Position numbers and translations under genes: made by a program. Shown here piece by piece: positions 60,916 through 64,000 of a DNA stretch of 64,000 nucleotides. Where the stretch lies: positions 806,001 to 870,000 of the forward strand of contig CM102287.1 in the NCBI GenBank assembly GCA_046563655.1, written 5' to 3'. Each line of letters starts with the position of its first letter. The first letter of the stretch is position 1. The stretch is from Yuukianura sp. NJ FZ-2021 (lineage: Eukaryota). The notes under the pieces were generated by a model. It had not been told where the DNA came from. It saw only the letters and a list, made by a program, of their open reading frames with translations, and ran no database searches.

Positions 60916-61435
60916 GCTTATGACAATAACTTCTTTCGTTCCGGGCATTATGCTCATGACTTTGAAGCACGCGCCAGGGCCATCTGGGCTCTTAAACCGG
61001 TAATTATCTCAACGGAATCTCGATTACAAAGACTAAAAACAATACAATTTTTTTTTTATTTTCAAGGATGACCCCAACAAGGGGAGATATCTGAACCAAC
61101 TTAAGCGGGACAAGGCGTCAGCCCGCAAGAAGGCTAGGAGGGAACAGACGCAAGATACGGAGAAAAAAACGACGGTGACGAACGTTTACTTCTGCTGCGC
61201 GTCATCGCCGTGTTCTTCGACGATTAGGCCGCCGCCGCCTCCTCCCTCGCCCCCGGCACCAGGGCCACCACCACACCGATTGCCAAAATCAAATCTCTCC
61301 CTTTGGCCTCCGCTTCCGAAGGGTCCACCACCAGAACAGACGGTTCGAAACTACCAACTCCCTTCAATCTACCCACCAAACTCTGTCATTCCACCCCTAC
61401 CTTACCAAAAATGGCTTCTTGAAAGGCTAAAATAA
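60916..61435 (+). CDS. Spliced basic, proline-rich protein of unknown function (5' exon not resolved)
   Basis: Exon-like AYDNNFF...ALKP, GT-AG intron ~61000-61067, then DDPNKG...PPPPPPSPP...; AATAAA at the stop. Confidence 0.4.
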
Positions 61436-61515
61436 AATTAAAATAAAATTATAATCTAAAATTACAACACCGAGTGATTCAATTCGACGTTTTGATTGAA
61501 ATTAAAATTTAGATT

Positions 61516-62032
61516 TTAATTCATTTTAACAAACGAATTAGTTTTAAAGTGTAGACTCTTGTCATTGAGTATTGGATTCAATTCCACATCGCTTGATCCG
61601 CGCAGGCGTGCCCATCGGTTTGCGAAATTTCTGCGATATCTGATGAGTACGTATACCGCTAATATGAAGCAGATGCCCAGAGAACCTGCGCAAGAAAAAA
61701 ACAATTTAAGAATTCATTCTCCATTTGACAGTAGTATTTTTTTCACCTACCGACTATTAAAGTAGTACCCAGGTTTGAGGTTGCACTGGGTCCTGGAGCG
61801 GGCGGACAGTCTTCCGAGTCCATTGGCCCAACCACAAATTCGACTACACCCTTGGCCTCAGTGTCAAGGTCGGCCACGCACCCCTGGGTTTCATTGCTTA
61901 CGTAATAGGTGCATCCGTTCCCTGAACATTCGACGCAGTTTTGAAACTTGGAACAACCTAAACAGAACAGAACCCGTAAGACTTTAATAACCCTTTTAAA
62001 CAATTGATGATTTTATTGTGGTGCTTACTCAT
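61516..62032 (-). CDS. Three-exon small Cys-rich single-pass membrane protein B (MSCSKFQNC...), paralog of A
   Basis: Exons 62029-62032, 61751-61957 and 61516-61685 with the same intron phases as A; same Cys spacing and F.VGP motif; TM then RYRR...RWARLR. Confidence 0.7.
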
Positions 62033-62227
62033 TTCGTTTGTGAATTGAGGCGAGAGCAAAATACAGACTGAGTGAATTTTAATTAGTCTAGTCTGATCGA
62101 CTTTTCAGAATGAGTCATTGACGCTTGGTTGCTTTTTGCTCCGTTTCATATCACTCCAGTCATACAAAGCATTGCAATTTCACATTTTATTTTAACTTGC
62201 TCTTTCACTTGTGAAACTAATATTAAC

Positions 62228-63241
62228 CTATTCTTCTGAAAAGGGGTTGCAATTTAGGCGTGCATTCAAATATTCTCCCGCCGCTTCATAGTCCAAGTTG
62301 TCTTCGAGCCATTCATTTATCGCCAAGTTCATTTCGTCTTCTCCGCCTGGATGACTAGGCGTTTGGAGTAACATGGGGGGAGACGAATCTGCCAGCACAC
62401 TAAGTGTTTCCACTGGAATGTCGTCGATCAATTCCATTGGGAGCTCATGCGGTAGTACCGGAGGAGCGGAAGCTGCTTCCTGCAGAAGCCTCAATACCAC
62501 ATCGTAGTCTGGGTCTTGTGCTACGGGGAGATGAGCATCCATTCTTTCCATTTCCTTTAGCAACGCATCAATTTCGTCCATTTCATTGTCTTCTGCAACC
62601 ATGGTGGAACTTGGCTGAAATTCTTCTTCGGAAATGTCACTAAAGGCTGGAGATGGTGCCGGTGTAGCAGGCATTTCGTCGTCGGAAGAATCTGAAATCT
62701 CATCAAGGTGGAGAGACTTCCCTGCACATCTTCTTAGACCGGAAGGTGGAGCAACTGCCCAAATTGAAAAAAAAATTTACATTAAACTCAAAATTTGGTA
62801 CAAATTTTCAATTCTGTATTGTTATAAACCTGCCAAGCGACCAATCAGGTTCCATGTTGTAGCCCGCCAAATCTGAACCTCCGCCGTTTCCATGATATTC
62901 AGGAAGAATCCTTGCAATCTTTGGTCAGGGACTACAAGGCCTGGACCCCCAAACACTCGGCGGTAACTAAAAACTTGGACTGGGAGTTGAAGCTGTTTAA
63001 ATATTCTTTTGGACTCCTTGTCAATACATACAAGTATTTTTGCTTCTGCAAACAATGGTCGAACAATACCCGAGTGAGGAAGTCCAAGAATTTCCGAAAA
63101 ACAAAACGAAAGAGCGTGACGTTCTTTACATACAGTCGTGTGGTCAAAAATGAAAGCTTTTTTTTCAATAAAGTTTCCAATTATTAGCTTAATCAAGTGT
63201 CCGGCCTCACTAGCGCGGGCGTAGGATAAGAGAATTGACAT
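62228..63241 (-). CDS. Hypothetical two-exon protein with acidic C-terminal region
   Basis: TATA near 63292, ATG at 63241, probable intron ~62754-62829, acidic ORF 62228-62674; no recognised domain. Confidence 0.4.
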
Positions 63242-63362
63242 TTTGAAAGTGTCAGTTGAAAATGACAGTTGAAATTTGGCGCGCGTCACTTTTATACACC
63301 GCGCTCTTCTGTACCATGGATTCAACGGTCGAAACTTGCGGTTCCATTTAATTTAGGTTAGT

Positions 63363-64000
63363 TTAATTTAATTTTTCCTCTTCTTCCGTTTTTTCTTGTT
63401 TTTGTGTTACGGCCAACCGAAAGTCGCCAAATGCAAAACTGAATGTGTTGTCGACAAAATGGCGCTTGATGTCAAATGAACCAATTCCACGACGATTCAG
63501 GATGGTGGTAACCATTTGATCATTTTCAAATTTTACCAACGGCACTTGAATCTGAGCTTGCTTTTCAAAGTTCAAAATGTAGCTTCGAAAGGTTTCGTGT
63601 TTTACATTTTCCTTGGCCCAATCCCGTCCAATTCCTCCGCATTTCAAAATTTCCTTTTCGTTTGACTCTGGATAGTTTAAGATCGAATACTGATTAGGAC
63701 TCGTAGCACAGACTTCGTAGATTCCGTCCGTCACGATTTTCAAAACTCCCGCTCTTCCCCTATTGGAGTCATCGTAGAGCTGATGATGCTTTGGTAAATT
63801 TGAAAAGTCAAAAATGTGTTTTAGGCTCCTTAGTTTTTGTAAATACGTCCGGTCAGGGTCGATGACCTTGACTAGGAGAGAGTCTGTGTTGTTTAAAATA
63901 TTTTTGACATCGCCAAACGTTGGCAAAATGTAATTGTAGTAGTAGTCGTAGAGCATAGTTTTTGCATTGCTCATAATCACAAGTGACAGAATACGCAAAT
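63363..64000 (-). CDS. C-terminal part of a divergent Polinton-type PolB paralog, probably catalytically inactive (partial, runs off the window)
   Basis: AKTMLYDYYYN, NNTDSLL, FDFSNLPKHHQLYD, G.LK and FDIKR..F.FG align by eye to the 34327 PolB; DTDS is replaced by NTDS. Confidence 0.75.
   Translation of the reverse strand, partial: LRILSLVIMSNAKTMLYDYYYNYILPTFGDVKNILNNTDSLLVKVIDPDRTYLQKLRSLKHIFDFSNLPKHHQLYDDSNRGRAGVLKIVTDGIYEVCATSPNQYSILNYPESNEKEILKCGGIGRDWAKENVKHETFRSYILNFEKQAQIQVPLVKFENDQMVTTILNRRGIGSFDIKRHFVDNTFSFAFGDFRLAVTQKQEKTEEEEKLN

Overview
Eukaryotic, repeat-dense DNA, probably from an invertebrate (short GT-AG introns, TATA plus TCAGTT initiator); no ordinary host housekeeping gene is recognisable. 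In order: (1) the 5' LTR and PBS of an LTR retrotransposon abutting (2) a ~20.5 kb array of ~50 copies of a ~407-bp satellite (836-21304). (3) A 9.95 kb LTR element with near-identical 433-bp LTRs, a tRNA-Tyr-like PBS and only a decayed gag/protease. (4) A left-truncated Polinton/Maverick (31256-39650) with rve integrase, A32-type packaging ATPase, protein-primed PolB (two homopolymer frameshifts) and small accessory ORFs. (5) A Gypsy-like gag split by a solo LTR with a 4-bp TSD. (6) A 3'-truncated Tx1/L1-like LINE, two DINE/HINE-like repeats and a Ulp1-like protease ORF. (7) The most unusual item: a complete 5.3 kb mini-Polinton (49707-54989) with ~1.5 kb TIRs, AGTAG...CTACT ends and a TATGC TSD. 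It lacks polymerase, integrase and capsid genes and carries only a zinc-finger-fused packaging ATPase and a convergent, disrupted virion-protein-like gene, each sitting just inside a TATA/Inr carried in the TIRs. (8) A compact, intron-containing cargo-like cluster (RPA70-like OB folds, two paralogous signal-less Cys-rich membrane proteins, others) ending in a PolB paralog with NTDS in place of DTDS. All calls are from reading the sequence; no database searches were run.
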